From Deltaproteobacteria bacterium RIFCSPHIGHO2_01_FULL_43_49 (GTDB lineage: Bacteria > UBA10199 > SPLOWO2-01-44-7), in contig MGRG01000006.1 of NCBI GenBank assembly GCA_001798075.1, forward strand, positions 11,431 through 75,430: DNA of 64,000 nt, written 5' to 3'. Both the position numbers and the translations under genes were made by a program. This document shows positions 37,414 to 46,628 of the stretch, piece after piece. Each line of letters opens with the position of its first letter. Position 1 is the first letter of the stretch. Under the pieces are notes generated by a model. It did no database searches and was not told the DNA's origin. It worked only from the letters and a program-made list of their open reading frames with translations.

Positions 37414-38178
37414 GTGAAGGAGTCTAGCTTAGAAAAAATTGCACACGCCTTAGGGTTCAAAAAACCCCAGGCAGCACTGTTACTCCCACTTTCTTTTCTT
37501 GTGGGTGGTGTTGTCCTCGCAATGATTTTGCCAAAACTGGATCGTTTGGTTCCAGGTGGGGCCCCCATTGTACAGGTTCTTTTGGAAATTATTTGGTTCT
37601 GTCTGATGTATTTTGGTTTTTTCAAGCAGATCAAAAGGTATCGTGAAAAATATGGAGAGAAGGCTTATCAGCAGTTAGCTTTGCGATTTTTTCTTCCAGC
37701 AGGCATTTTGATGGTTGCTGGGATTGTACGGGCACTCTGGATTATTGGGACCCCCATCCCCTGGTTTCCATTTTCCTTAAGGGTTACTCTGAGTCTTTAT
37801 TTTGTATTTATGGGACTCATTCTACAGGTAAGAGGAATACAATCCCTGGGAATTGACCGGATTGTCTTTCTTTATAATGTCTTTCCAGAAAAGGGAGAGC
37901 GTGTAGAAAGCACTCTGTATCAACATCTACGGCATCCACTATATTCTGCGATGATGCATTTTTGCCTAGGCTTCGCCCTCTTTTCTGGAACGTTAGAAGG
38001 ATTGCTTTGTCTCCTTATTTTTGGCCTAAAATTATTTATTTGGTCTAAGGTGGAAGAAAAAGAACTGGTTGATCGATTTGGGGAGTCTTATGCGAATTAT
38101 CGCAAGAATGTGCCGGCCTTTATTCCTAAATTTCGATCCATACCTCTTCTCCTTCAATTTTTGTTGGGTAGACGTTAA
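37414..38178 (+). CDS. ICMT/PEMT-family membrane methyltransferase
   Basis: LYQHLRHPLYS and EEKELVDRFGESYANYRKNVPAFIP. Confidence 0.82.
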   Translation: MKESSLEKIAHALGFKKPQAALLLPLSFLVGGVVLAMILPKLDRLVPGGAPIVQVLLEIIWFCLMYFGFFKQIKRYREKYGEKAYQQLALRFFLPAGILMVAGIVRALWIIGTPIPWFPFSLRVTLSLYFVFMGLILQVRGIQSLGIDRIVFLYNVFPEKGERVESTLYQHLRHPLYSAMMHFCLGFALFSGTLEGLLCLLIFGLKLFIWSKVEEKELVDRFGESYANYRKNVPAFIPKFRSIPLLLQFLLGRR

Positions 38179-38437
38179 GTTTGACCGCAGTGTTGCGGAT
38201 GTTTTGGCCGGTCTCAAGATTAAACGTCCACTGATGCAGGGGGCAAACAACGCAGTTTTCTTTTAGCTTTCCTTCTCCTAACGATCCCCCACGGTGGGGA
38301 CAAGTGTTGTCAATGGCTTGAAACGTTCCGCCGTTGTTGAAAAGGGCAATCGGCTTGCCATGGATATCGACTGTCTTTCCTTCACCGATTTTGAGATCCG
38401 AAATTTTCGCGACTTTGTACCAGTTTGGCATAGGCAA
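38126..38437 (-). CDS. Rieske [2Fe-2S] ferredoxin (NirD-like)
   Basis: CPHRG and CPLHQW Rieske boxes. Confidence 0.92.
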   Translation of the reverse strand: MPMPNWYKVAKISDLKIGEGKTVDIHGKPIALFNNGGTFQAIDNTCPHRGGSLGEGKLKENCVVCPLHQWTFNLETGQNIRNTAVKLNVYPTKIEGEEVWIEI

Positions 38438-38548
38438 TCTTGGTATAACTGACGAAAATCATCCAGTACCGACGGAAATCATGCACCACTGATTTGCCCC
38501 ACATAATATAACTGCCCGATTTTAAAAAGCATATTTTTGAAAACACCT

Positions 38549-38564
38549 TGGCATACAGTTTGCT
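38549..38564 (+). promoter_or_regulatory. Putative sigma54 promoter
   Basis: TGGCATACAGTTTGCT with GG-N10-GC spacing, upstream of 38581. Confidence 0.55.
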
Positions 38565-38580
38565 CTAAACAATTCATGTT

Positions 38581-39144
38581 GTGAGTTTATTTAAAAGAAT
38601 AAAGAAAGTTCTGACAATTCTTCCCCATACCCTACGGGATACTGTTTTAAATAAGATTGAAATTCGCAAAGAGAACCGTTTCGTTCATGGGAAGAAGATG
38701 GACGCCAGTTATGATCCTGAGACAGGTCGTATCCTCATCTGGGGACGGTTAAATGCACCTGACATTGATTTAATCATTATTTTAATGCACGAGATCGGTC
38801 ACCTTTTCTTTCATCAAATTTTAGAAATACCAGAAAGAAGAGAATGGTTTAAAATTCATGCAGAGGAAAATCTTGATTTTGAACTCAAAAAGGAATACGA
38901 TTCCGTCCAGATTCCAGAGGAGGTGTTCTGCTGCGCTTTTTCGTTGGTCGGATTGGAGATTTGGTTTGAAAAAAATCATATGAAAGACAAAGCAGCAAAA
39001 TTAAAAATGAAATTTGAAAAGGAAGCGCCCAAAACTTCCACATTTGTAAGAAAGATATTCAACCAGCAATCAAAAGATATTTTCCATTCCACGGTGAAAC
39101 GTATTAGAAAATGGGTTGAAGAAGCAACAGGTCCCTTAAAGTAG
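38581..39144 (+). CDS. Hypothetical zincin-like protein
   Basis: HEIGH motif plus downstream PEE. Confidence 0.6.
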   Translation: MSLFKRIKKVLTILPHTLRDTVLNKIEIRKENRFVHGKKMDASYDPETGRILIWGRLNAPDIDLIIILMHEIGHLFFHQILEIPERREWFKIHAEENLDFELKKEYDSVQIPEEVFCCAFSLVGLEIWFEKNHMKDKAAKLKMKFEKEAPKTSTFVRKIFNQQSKDIFHSTVKRIRKWVEEATGPLK

Positions 39145-39159
39145 TTAATCTAAAAATCT

Positions 39160-39984
39160 TCAGAGGAGTTGTTCGGGGTTTTCTAAGAGGTTTTTTAAAT
39201 AGCCGCCTGCTTTGCCCGCTAAATAACCATCAACGATTCGGTGATCGACAGTTGCGGTGATATGGACAATGGGTTTGACAACAACTTGACCGTTTTCCAC
39301 GACAGCTTGATCTGTAATGACTCCCACCACAAATACGATAGGTGTTCTGCTAAAAGGAACGAGTGGGGCCCAGGCCGTTTTGATTCCAAACATTCCAACA
39401 TTGGTAATCATGGCTCCCCCGAACGGGTCTGGAGGCAATTTTAGAAAAAATGGGCTTAAGTTTAAATCGTAGCCAATATAGGCTAGGCATTTCATCACCC
39501 ATTTTAAAAGAAATGGTGGCAAAAATTTCAGGGACATTTTCGATTGTTTGAGATTGGGATCATCCCCCGCACGTATTTTTTGGGTTTGTTGGTTGAGTTC
39601 ATCGGCAATTTGGTCCAGTGTTTTTTTGTGGGCATCGCGAATTTTAGCTCCGGAAAGATCTGGGCGGCCTTTTTCCTGCCAAAAAACTTGCACAAAAACA
39701 TCCACGTTATCTCTCAAATAAATTTTGTTTCTTCGGATGATGACGTTGGTATCCGGGAATTCTGCCAGCATTTTGGCAACCCCTTTGACAATGAAGTGCG
39801 TGATTGTTAACTTTTCGTTCGATTCTGTTTTGAGTTTTTCAAGCAGCGCGAGGGCCTTTGTCATGTCGATTTCCATTTCGCCATAGGAAGAGGGGTCGCC
39901 AGGTTTTTCCCAAGTCGCGAGCGAAATTTTGCGCCACGTGGAAATATTTTTTAAGGGCCTGCATTCAACATTTTTGCGGAACAT
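39160..39984 (-). CDS. Stand-alone 2-oxoacid dehydrogenase E2-like acyltransferase catalytic domain
   Basis: ITNVGMFG and DHRIVDG; no lipoyl domain. Confidence 0.85.
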   Translation of the reverse strand: MFRKNVECRPLKNISTWRKISLATWEKPGDPSSYGEMEIDMTKALALLEKLKTESNEKLTITHFIVKGVAKMLAEFPDTNVIIRRNKIYLRDNVDVFVQVFWQEKGRPDLSGAKIRDAHKKTLDQIADELNQQTQKIRAGDDPNLKQSKMSLKFLPPFLLKWVMKCLAYIGYDLNLSPFFLKLPPDPFGGAMITNVGMFGIKTAWAPLVPFSRTPIVFVVGVITDQAVVENGQVVVKPIVHITATVDHRIVDGYLAGKAGGYLKNLLENPEQLL

Positions 39985-40039
39985 GGTCTTTGAGTATCTA
40001 CTTGAATACGGAATAAGGGTCAAATATATTGAATTTCAT

Positions 40040-40115
40040 GGGGTGGTAGCTCAGTTGGGAGAGCGCGTCGTTCGCAACGACGAGGTCGGCGGTTCGATCC
40101 CGCTCCACTCCACCA
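40040..40115 (+). tRNA. tRNA-Ala(CGC)
   Basis: GGGGTGG/CCACTCC stem with G3:U70, anticodon arm CGTCG-TTCGCAA-CGACG, CCA encoded. Confidence 0.96.
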
Positions 40116-40121
40116 AATGAT

Positions 40122-40952
40122 TTAAGGTTTGTATTTTTTTCGCAACAAGGCAAATTCTTGGTGAAAATTGGCAATCCACCTTTGAACAAATTGCCCTTCC
40201 TCAAAGAGGGGATTGAGGTCCGCCGCAAGATCCCCGGGTTTTATTTTAGATACTATTTCTTCGAGTTTGTCGAAAGCGCCACGAACAGTATATTGTCCGC
40301 GAGTCTCTTTTAATCTGTCCGGGTTCGGCGCGACTCCTTTTTGCATATACCAAATCAAATCGTAGTAATCCCGTCCTTTGATCTTGATGCCGGTTTTCCC
40401 TTTTTCCCACACGCGCTCCAAACAGGCTGCCATTTTGCCGGCCATCAGCGTGGGAAGATCATAATGTTTGATGACAAAACTGAACCGGTCTTCCGATAGG
40501 GTTCTCGGTTCGGTATGGTATTTCCTGTCTGTCGGATTCACTTCCACCTTAATATTCAAATTTTCGGCTTCATGGGATGAAAGGCCGAGTTGATAAAGCA
40601 CCGGAAAACGAAGCTCCACGCGATTCACACCACTCCCCGGCGTGAAGGTTTTGAGTTGCTTATAGCCCATTTTGTTAAAATAGTGTTGGATGTCATTTGC
40701 AAACTGTTTTTTATTGAACGGCTCCAGAGATTCAAAGTCGACATCTTCCGACATCCGGTTGATGTTGAAACATTTCCTAAGACAATTCCCGCCGTAAAAA
40801 ATCAGATTTTGATATCGGGGACTGTTGTAGATGAAATCGAGAATATAAAGCTGAATTTTTTCCTTGAGTTTTAGTCGGATGACATCCGGTCTTAAGTTCG
40901 TGCGCCGGCTTTCTTGTACAACCATCCCCAATTCATCCAATAGTGTGGCCAT
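40122..40952 (-). CDS. AbiEii-type nucleotidyltransferase toxin (type IV TA)
   Basis: [30 protein letters not shown]. Confidence 0.88.
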   Translation of the reverse strand: MATLLDELGMVVQESRRTNLRPDVIRLKLKEKIQLYILDFIYNSPRYQNLIFYGGNCLRKCFNINRMSEDVDFESLEPFNKKQFANDIQHYFNKMGYKQLKTFTPGSGVNRVELRFPVLYQLGLSSHEAENLNIKVEVNPTDRKYHTEPRTLSEDRFSFVIKHYDLPTLMAGKMAACLERVWEKGKTGIKIKGRDYYDLIWYMQKGVAPNPDRLKETRGQYTVRGAFDKLEEIVSKIKPGDLAADLNPLFEEGQFVQRWIANFHQEFALLRKKYKP

Positions 40953-41577
40953 GGGTTAATGCCTCCAGTTTGGGTAAAAATGCGATCATTTTTTTTATAC
41001 CGCTTTTTTTAGTTATGCCGCAAAAAAGTTTTAGATCTTTGCTCTTCATGTTCATCCAGTTGAGGCGCAGTTCATCAATTTCTTTTTCTGAATCAAGATC
41101 GGTCATGCGCAAATAGAGATAATCAAACAGGGCCTTTGCAAGAGAAGCTTCATAGATCACATTTTTCCCATAACGTTTCGTCTCAAATCCAAAAAACAAA
41201 TCTCTTTTCACTGAATGGTAGTAAAAGGAACCAAGCTTATTCATATATTTCCGGGTTGTTTTAAGAATGATAGACGTGATGGCAAATGTAGCTTCGGTTA
41301 ACAAGTTGTACTTTTGAAGAACGTATTCCAGACTCAAGTAGGAGGGGATGACCAATTTGTTGGCAACCAATTCAAGGTAGGCTGGGTCGTGCATCGAACG
41401 ATCGACATAGGTTTTGGTGACATATAACCCATTTTTAAGTCTAAGGATCAGCCCATTCTTTGTCCATCGCTTGATATTCTGATTTAAGGCATCCGTCTTA
41501 GCCGGAGTAAAGGCCAAAAGGGCGGCCTTTGAGAAAAAAGGTAAAAGTTCTAAATTTTTTAGTATTTTTTCATTCAT
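40933..41577 (-). CDS. AbiEi-type antitoxin / transcriptional regulator
   Basis: LILRLKNGLY, PSYLSLEYVL, ASLAKALFDYLY; upstream of and overlapping the toxin gene. Confidence 0.85.
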   Translation of the reverse strand: MNEKILKNLELLPFFSKAALLAFTPAKTDALNQNIKRWTKNGLILRLKNGLYVTKTYVDRSMHDPAYLELVANKLVIPSYLSLEYVLQKYNLLTEATFAITSIILKTTRKYMNKLGSFYYHSVKRDLFFGFETKRYGKNVIYEASLAKALFDYLYLRMTDLDSEKEIDELRLNWMNMKSKDLKLFCGITKKSGIKKMIAFLPKLEALTHGHTIG

Positions 41578-41613
41578 TCTGATTTTAGTATTTTAAATAT
41601 ACTAAAACCAGAA
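41577..41613. promoter_or_regulatory. Inverted repeat, probable AbiEi autorepression operator
   Basis: ttctgattttagtat-N7-atactaaaaccagaa immediately upstream of the antitoxin ATG. Confidence 0.65.
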
Positions 41614-41641
41614 TACTATAAAACCCGACTTTTGTCAAATT

Positions 41642-41756
41642 TGGCGGAGGGGGTGAGATGGTCCCGCCTCACGGCAGGATCATCTTCTTCATTCTCCTTC
41701 GGAGAATTGCGGTCCGAACTCGGCATACGCCAAAGTTCTCGTCAGCTACCCCCTCC
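41642..41756 (-). other. tRNA-Ser-like duplicate (acceptor stem + GCCA end) downstream of tRNA-Ser
   Basis: Minus strand GGAGGGG...GAGTTCGG[insert]ATCTCACCCCCTCCGCCA repeats the tRNA-Ser 3' end. Confidence 0.55.
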
Positions 41757-41778
41757 GTCCCGTCTCAGTAAGGCGGGA

Positions 41779-41865
41779 CGGAGGGGGTGAGATTCGAACT
41801 CACGGAACCCGTAAGGGTTCAATGGTTTTCAAGACCATCCGTTTCAACCGCTCACGCACCCCTCC
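41779..41865 (-). tRNA. tRNA-Ser(TGA)
   Basis: GGAGGGG/CCCCTCC-G stem, anticodon arm ATGGT-CTTGAAA-ACCAT, long variable arm, GTTCGAATC. Confidence 0.95.
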
Positions 41866-41920
41866 ATGAATCTGCACATTATATACTAGTTGAGGATGGG
41901 TAAAAGCCAAGTTTTAAAAT

Positions 41921-41948
41921 AAAAAGCCCCGCTATTGGCGGGGCTTTT
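41921..41948. terminator. Rho-independent terminator
   Basis: aaaaagccccgc-tattg-gcggggctttt downstream of 41973-42599(-). Confidence 0.8.
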
Positions 41949-41972
41949 GAATATCCCTCAGTCTATTTTAAA

Positions 41973-42599
41973 TTAGTCTTTGTCAACAGAAGTCAAGACG
42001 GGTCTGCGTCTATTCGCCCGCGCTAACTTGTCGGCTTCCACTTTTTCAATGCCTTTTAAATATTCGTTGGCACTTGCAATAAAGATTGGAAAGCCATCAT
42101 GCATGATAAATTCAAAACGATAGCCTGGTCTGCCAGCTTGAGCAGGAAACTGCACGGTTGTTTTATCAGGAACGTCAGTATCACAGCCATTATATGTGTA
42201 AGTAAGGACTAAACCAGTTGCTTGATCTCTCATAGTATATTCATTGGTTTCCAATTTCGTTCTAGCTCCATGTTGACGAATTGCTCTTAAGCAAGTTTCT
42301 TTTGCTTTTTTGGGCAATAAAGCAGCCAGCATAGGAGCTTTTTCAAAGGGAAGTGTTTTTGGCTCTACCGTCTTATGATCATGTCGATGTGCAAAAAGGG
42401 CATCGATCGCCTGCCGAAACACTTTGTTGAATTGAAAAGCAGGAACAAATTCTTTCTCCAGAGTTCTCTTAGCTGCTGGGTCAAAGGCAAACGAATTCTT
42501 CCTTTTACCCGTTGCGACCTCTTCTGCCAAGAAAAGAACGTTATTTGTCTTTTGGTTAACGCGTACTGTTCGTACCAACACACCTGCGGTTGCTGCCAT
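41973..42599 (-). CDS. Hypothetical protein
   Basis: 208-aa ORF with GGAGG RBS and a terminator; no motif recognised. Confidence 0.7.
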   Translation of the reverse strand: MAATAGVLVRTVRVNQKTNNVLFLAEEVATGKRKNSFAFDPAAKRTLEKEFVPAFQFNKVFRQAIDALFAHRHDHKTVEPKTLPFEKAPMLAALLPKKAKETCLRAIRQHGARTKLETNEYTMRDQATGLVLTYTYNGCDTDVPDKTTVQFPAQAGRPGYRFEFIMHDGFPIFIASANEYLKGIEKVEADKLARANRRRPVLTSVDKD

Positions 42600-42861
42600 T
42601 TTATCCTCCCAAATTGTGTTATGTTAGCTAGGTTAACAAAGTGTCGCTAAATGAATTTTGCGGCTACTTCCCCCACCACCTTTTATCGCCAAAGGCGATT
42701 GGTCTGTGAGACCAAAAAACAGGTGGTGGGGTTCCGCTAGCGTTATTTTTTGCTCTTGAACAAAAGTTTTGCTCAAGCGCGGGCGCCATATAGAGGTAGG
42801 AAGCATTTCTTGTCAATATGATTTTGAAATTTTTGGTTTTGAAATTTTCTTTTGACAGAAT

Positions 42862-43686
42862 GTGTTACAAAGGGCTAGGCTTAAAACCGTGTTAAACAGA
42901 CATTTCCAGGCCATTTTAGAAAAAAATTGGAGTGAGAAAAAATTCCTCTGTATTGGTCTCGACAGCGATATTTCAAAACTTCCAAAAGGGACAACTCAAC
43001 TTTCTTTCAACCAAGCCATCATCGAAGCCACACATGACTTGGTAGCTGCTTTCAAACCCAATGTTGCTTTTTATGAATCACAAGGGAGCAGTGGTTTTGA
43101 AGCTCTCAAAAAGACGATCGAATTTATTTTAGAAACGGCACCGTCAACACTCATTGTTTTAGATGCGAAACGGGCTGATATCGGAAACACAAGTGCTTCT
43201 TATGCCAAAGCTGCCTTTGAAGAACTGAAAGCCGATTGCGTCACTCTCAATCCTTATTTAGGCCAGGAAGCGATCCAACCTTTTTTAGATTATAAAAATA
43301 AAGGTTCTTTCATTTTGTGCCGCACTTCCAACCCCGGAGCCAAAGAATTTCAAGATTTAAAAGTGGATGGCGAGCCACTTTATTTGAGAGTGGCCAAACA
43401 GGTTGCAACCCAATGGAACACAAACAAAAACTGTGGGTTAGTGGTGGGGGCGACCTATCCGGAAGAATTGAAAACAATCCGCAAAGCAGCCCCCGAATTG
43501 CCCTTTTTGGTCCCAGGGGTAGGTTCCCAAGGTGGCGATTTAAAACAGGTTTTAGAATTTGGTCGTAATAGTGCCGGAAACGGCCTTTTAATTAATCTCT
43601 CCCGTAGCATTCTTTTTGCCTCTAGTGGCCCCGATTTTGCCGAGTCAGCCCGAAAAGAAATTTTGAAAACGACGCAACTTATTTGA
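42862..43686 (+). CDS. pyrF: Orotidine-5'-phosphate decarboxylase
   Basis: LCIGLD, KPNVAFYE, DAKRADIGNT, RTSNPG, VVGATYP, PGVGSQGG; true start may be slightly downstream. Confidence 0.95.
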   Translation: MLQRARLKTVLNRHFQAILEKNWSEKKFLCIGLDSDISKLPKGTTQLSFNQAIIEATHDLVAAFKPNVAFYESQGSSGFEALKKTIEFILETAPSTLIVLDAKRADIGNTSASYAKAAFEELKADCVTLNPYLGQEAIQPFLDYKNKGSFILCRTSNPGAKEFQDLKVDGEPLYLRVAKQVATQWNTNKNCGLVVGATYPEELKTIRKAAPELPFLVPGVGSQGGDLKQVLEFGRNSAGNGLLINLSRSILFASSGPDFAESARKEILKTTQLI

Positions 43687-43723
43687 GGATCTGCCGAAGT
43701 AACGGAAGAGCAATGGAGGTTTT

Positions 43724-44872
43724 ATGGGCATGGAGATGATGCGAGCTGCCTTGGCATCAGGCGTTCCAGTTTCAGAAGTTTTAGGAGGGGCTGCTCCTCT
43801 TAATGAATTAAGTGATGTTGTTGAGTCTGTGGAGCTTGTTGTAGCAGAAGAAGCCCGAAGAAATCTTGGTGTCTTTCAAGAAGCAGCAAGCCAACTGAAG
43901 AGGTTGTTGCGTGAAGGTGGAAGGCCTGCCCAGTTTTTGGCTGCGCAGAAGCTGTTAGAAGATACCACGCGTGGAATTAGTTGGAAACCTCAAGAAGCAA
44001 CAATGCCATTGCCATCTAATTATCATTTGGCCTCTGCCTTAAACAGAGTCGATAGCAATGTCGGTAGAGAACTTGGCCTTTTAGAAGAGCTAGTTGCTAT
44101 TTCAAGTATCAGTTGTGAACCAGAAGAGGCTAAAGAGGTTCGTCACTCGGCAGAGTGGGTTGCCCAAAAAATGCGTGAGGCCAACTTTGCCAATGTTCGC
44201 TTGTTAGAGGCAGAAGGTGTTCACCCCGCTGTCTATGGCGAAATCATAGTTGATCCCAACAAGTCGACCATTCTTTTTTATGCCCATCATGATGTGATGC
44301 CGCTTGCCGATAATGGCAAAGGTTGGGAAACCGATCCTTTCAAAGCGATTGTTCGCAATGGGCGTCTCTATGGCCGTGGTGCTGCCGATGACAAAGCCGG
44401 TTTTATCTCAGGACTTGCGGCAATAAAAGCATATGGGCAAAACTTGCCCGTCAACGTTGTTTTTTTGATTGAAGGGGAAGAGGAGACCGGTTCAGAAAAT
44501 CTTGATCGATTGCTTGCCCAATTACCACCCGATTTGAAAATTGATGCGGCCCTTTTAGCAAATTCCGAAAATAGTGAAGAGACTTCGGATCCTTGGGTAG
44601 GAGATTTCGAACATCCGATTACTAATGTTCTAGCAGGTGCCTTTGCGATGGGTTATGGACAACCTAACTCCGTTCTTGCGGGAACCGGAGGGAGTATCGG
44701 CTTTTTGCCCACGTTTAAGAAACGCTTTCCAAATACACCACTTTATTGCATTGGCATTGAAGATCCAGACACCAACGCACATGCAGCCAATGAAAGTCTC
44801 TCAATAAGCGATTTTTGGAGAACAATTCGCTCTTTAGTTTTCTTTTTTCACGCGATGGGTAACAGAACCTGA
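43724..44872 (+). CDS. M20 peptidase paralog 1, lacking the dimerisation domain
   Basis: HHDV, GRGAADDK, EGEEE and AHAANE motifs; internal segment missing relative to its neighbours. Confidence 0.8.
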   Translation: MGMEMMRAALASGVPVSEVLGGAAPLNELSDVVESVELVVAEEARRNLGVFQEAASQLKRLLREGGRPAQFLAAQKLLEDTTRGISWKPQEATMPLPSNYHLASALNRVDSNVGRELGLLEELVAISSISCEPEEAKEVRHSAEWVAQKMREANFANVRLLEAEGVHPAVYGEIIVDPNKSTILFYAHHDVMPLADNGKGWETDPFKAIVRNGRLYGRGAADDKAGFISGLAAIKAYGQNLPVNVVFLIEGEEETGSENLDRLLAQLPPDLKIDAALLANSENSEETSDPWVGDFEHPITNVLAGAFAMGYGQPNSVLAGTGGSIGFLPTFKKRFPNTPLYCIGIEDPDTNAHAANESLSISDFWRTIRSLVFFFHAMGNRT

Positions 44873-44879
44873 GGTTTTT

Positions 44880-46628
44880 ATGTCGGTTACCGCTTTATTT
44901 ACCAATCCTGGAGTCGTTCAAACTCTTGGCCTGTCAGGCATCATGCAAGGCCTGGCCCCTACTAGGGAGCTAGGGGAAGTTGTTGATGGCTTGGAACATG
45001 CTCTGTTAGAAGCTGCTCCTCATTTTCAACCAAAATTCGCAGCTTCTGCAACCAGGCTTCGCAATCTTCTTGCGAGTGGTGGTTCTCCGACCAATTTTGC
45101 CAGCGCTCAAGAGCGATTAGCCGCTATTCTGGCTAAACTCAATGCAAAGCAAATTGATGCATTGATCAAAGCCACAGGTTGGGAACAATCTGGCAAACGT
45201 TTTGTCAGTGAAGATCCATCCATTGATGCAGAGACTATCAATCGTGCCATGGATAGGTTTGATGCCACGATGGGGCTTTATCTTCGCAGCATCGCAAACT
45301 TTGTCAGGCTTCCAAGTATTAGTGCACCAGATTATCCTGAAAAAAATCTTTTCAAATCAGCTGAGTGGGCAGCCAGAAAATTAAGAGAGGTTGGCTTTAA
45401 AGTAAAAATTTTAAAAGAGGAAGGTGCCCACCCAAGTGTTTATGGTGAAATCATGGTTGATCCCAATGCACCAACCGTCATTCTTTATTCCCATCACGAT
45501 GTACAACCGGCAGAGGAGAAAGATTGGAAGACCGATCCTTTTAACACTATTGTTAAACAAGATCGCATGTATGGAAGAGGAGCGGCAGATGACAAGGCAG
45601 GCTTCATGGCCAACTTGGCGGCTGTTGATTGTCTTAGAAAAGCCGGAAAGCTTCGTTGTAATGTTATCTTTTTTGTTGAGGGTGAAGAAGAAATTGGCTC
45701 CCCTCATTTGGCAACGCTGCTCAGAAAAATGCGACCCGATATTAAGGCAGATGTTGCCCTTCTCACCGATGCCGCTAACGTAGAAAGCGGTTTACCGACC
45801 GATACCACCTCCACTCGTGGCCTACATCGACTTTTGGTCCGTGTTGAAACAGCAGAACATGAGCTTCATGCGGGCCTCTGGGGAGGAGCTGTCCCAGATG
45901 CCTATATGGCTTTAAGTCATATTCTCTCAACCTTGCAGCATCCAAATGGTGCACCCAGACTGGATGCGTTGAAACCACCTGTCATGTCTGAGGAGGTTCG
46001 TAAGGCAGTTGCTACTGTCCCATTTGATGAAGCCGGTTTTCGTAAGGCGGGCGGACTGAAACTCAACGTTCCCATTTGGGGTGATCCCGATCTTTCAGTA
46101 AATGCGAGGCTCTGGAGAGGTTATGTTCTCAATGTTTTGGCGATCGAGGGGCCGCAGACAAAAATCAAAAAAGCCTCTGGGAAAATTGTTCCCTGGGCAG
46201 AAGCCCTCCTTGAATTAAGAGTGCCGCCGGGCGGCGAAGTCAACGAAGCAGCGAAGCAGGTTGAAGAGGCTATTTTGGGTTTAAGAGAGAAAATGCCATG
46301 GTTCGATATTAAGGTTAGCTACCCAAAAGCTCCCATTGAACCATGGGAGGCTGATCTCAAGCATCCAATCGTTGGCACTTTAGCCAAGGCTTTATCAGTT
46401 GGTTATGGCAGAGAAACGGTTTTTGCCGGTTGTGGTGGAGGGATCGGTTTTCTCTTTGCTTTCAATGAACTTTTTCCAGGGGTTCCTTTGATACCAATCG
46501 GTATTGAAGATCCAGATACAAGGGCACATTCAGCAAACGAAAGTTTAAACATTGCCGATTTTGGGGGAGCAACAAGAGGATTGATTGCCTTTTTAGGCAT
46601 GCTTGGCGCATCCGTTAAAAGACAATGA
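44880..46628 (+). CDS. M20 dipeptidase-like protein paralog 2, N-terminal extension
   Basis: HHDVQP, GRGAADDK, EGEEEIGS, LHAGLWGG, AHSANE. Confidence 0.88.
   Translation: MSVTALFTNPGVVQTLGLSGIMQGLAPTRELGEVVDGLEHALLEAAPHFQPKFAASATRLRNLLASGGSPTNFASAQERLAAILAKLNAKQIDALIKATGWEQSGKRFVSEDPSIDAETINRAMDRFDATMGLYLRSIANFVRLPSISAPDYPEKNLFKSAEWAARKLREVGFKVKILKEEGAHPSVYGEIMVDPNAPTVILYSHHDVQPAEEKDWKTDPFNTIVKQDRMYGRGAADDKAGFMANLAAVDCLRKAGKLRCNVIFFVEGEEEIGSPHLATLLRKMRPDIKADVALLTDAANVESGLPTDTTSTRGLHRLLVRVETAEHELHAGLWGGAVPDAYMALSHILSTLQHPNGAPRLDALKPPVMSEEVRKAVATVPFDEAGFRKAGGLKLNVPIWGDPDLSVNARLWRGYVLNVLAIEGPQTKIKKASGKIVPWAEALLELRVPPGGEVNEAAKQVEEAILGLREKMPWFDIKVSYPKAPIEPWEADLKHPIVGTLAKALSVGYGRETVFAGCGGGIGFLFAFNELFPGVPLIPIGIEDPDTRAHSANESLNIADFGGATRGLIAFLGMLGASVKRQ

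Noticed and set aside
41642-41865. tmRNA, tRNA-Sec or intron-containing tRNA
   Set aside because: The tRNA is a complete Ser(TGA). The downstream unit has a Ser-type rather than Ala-type stem, no tag ORF and no TCA anticodon.
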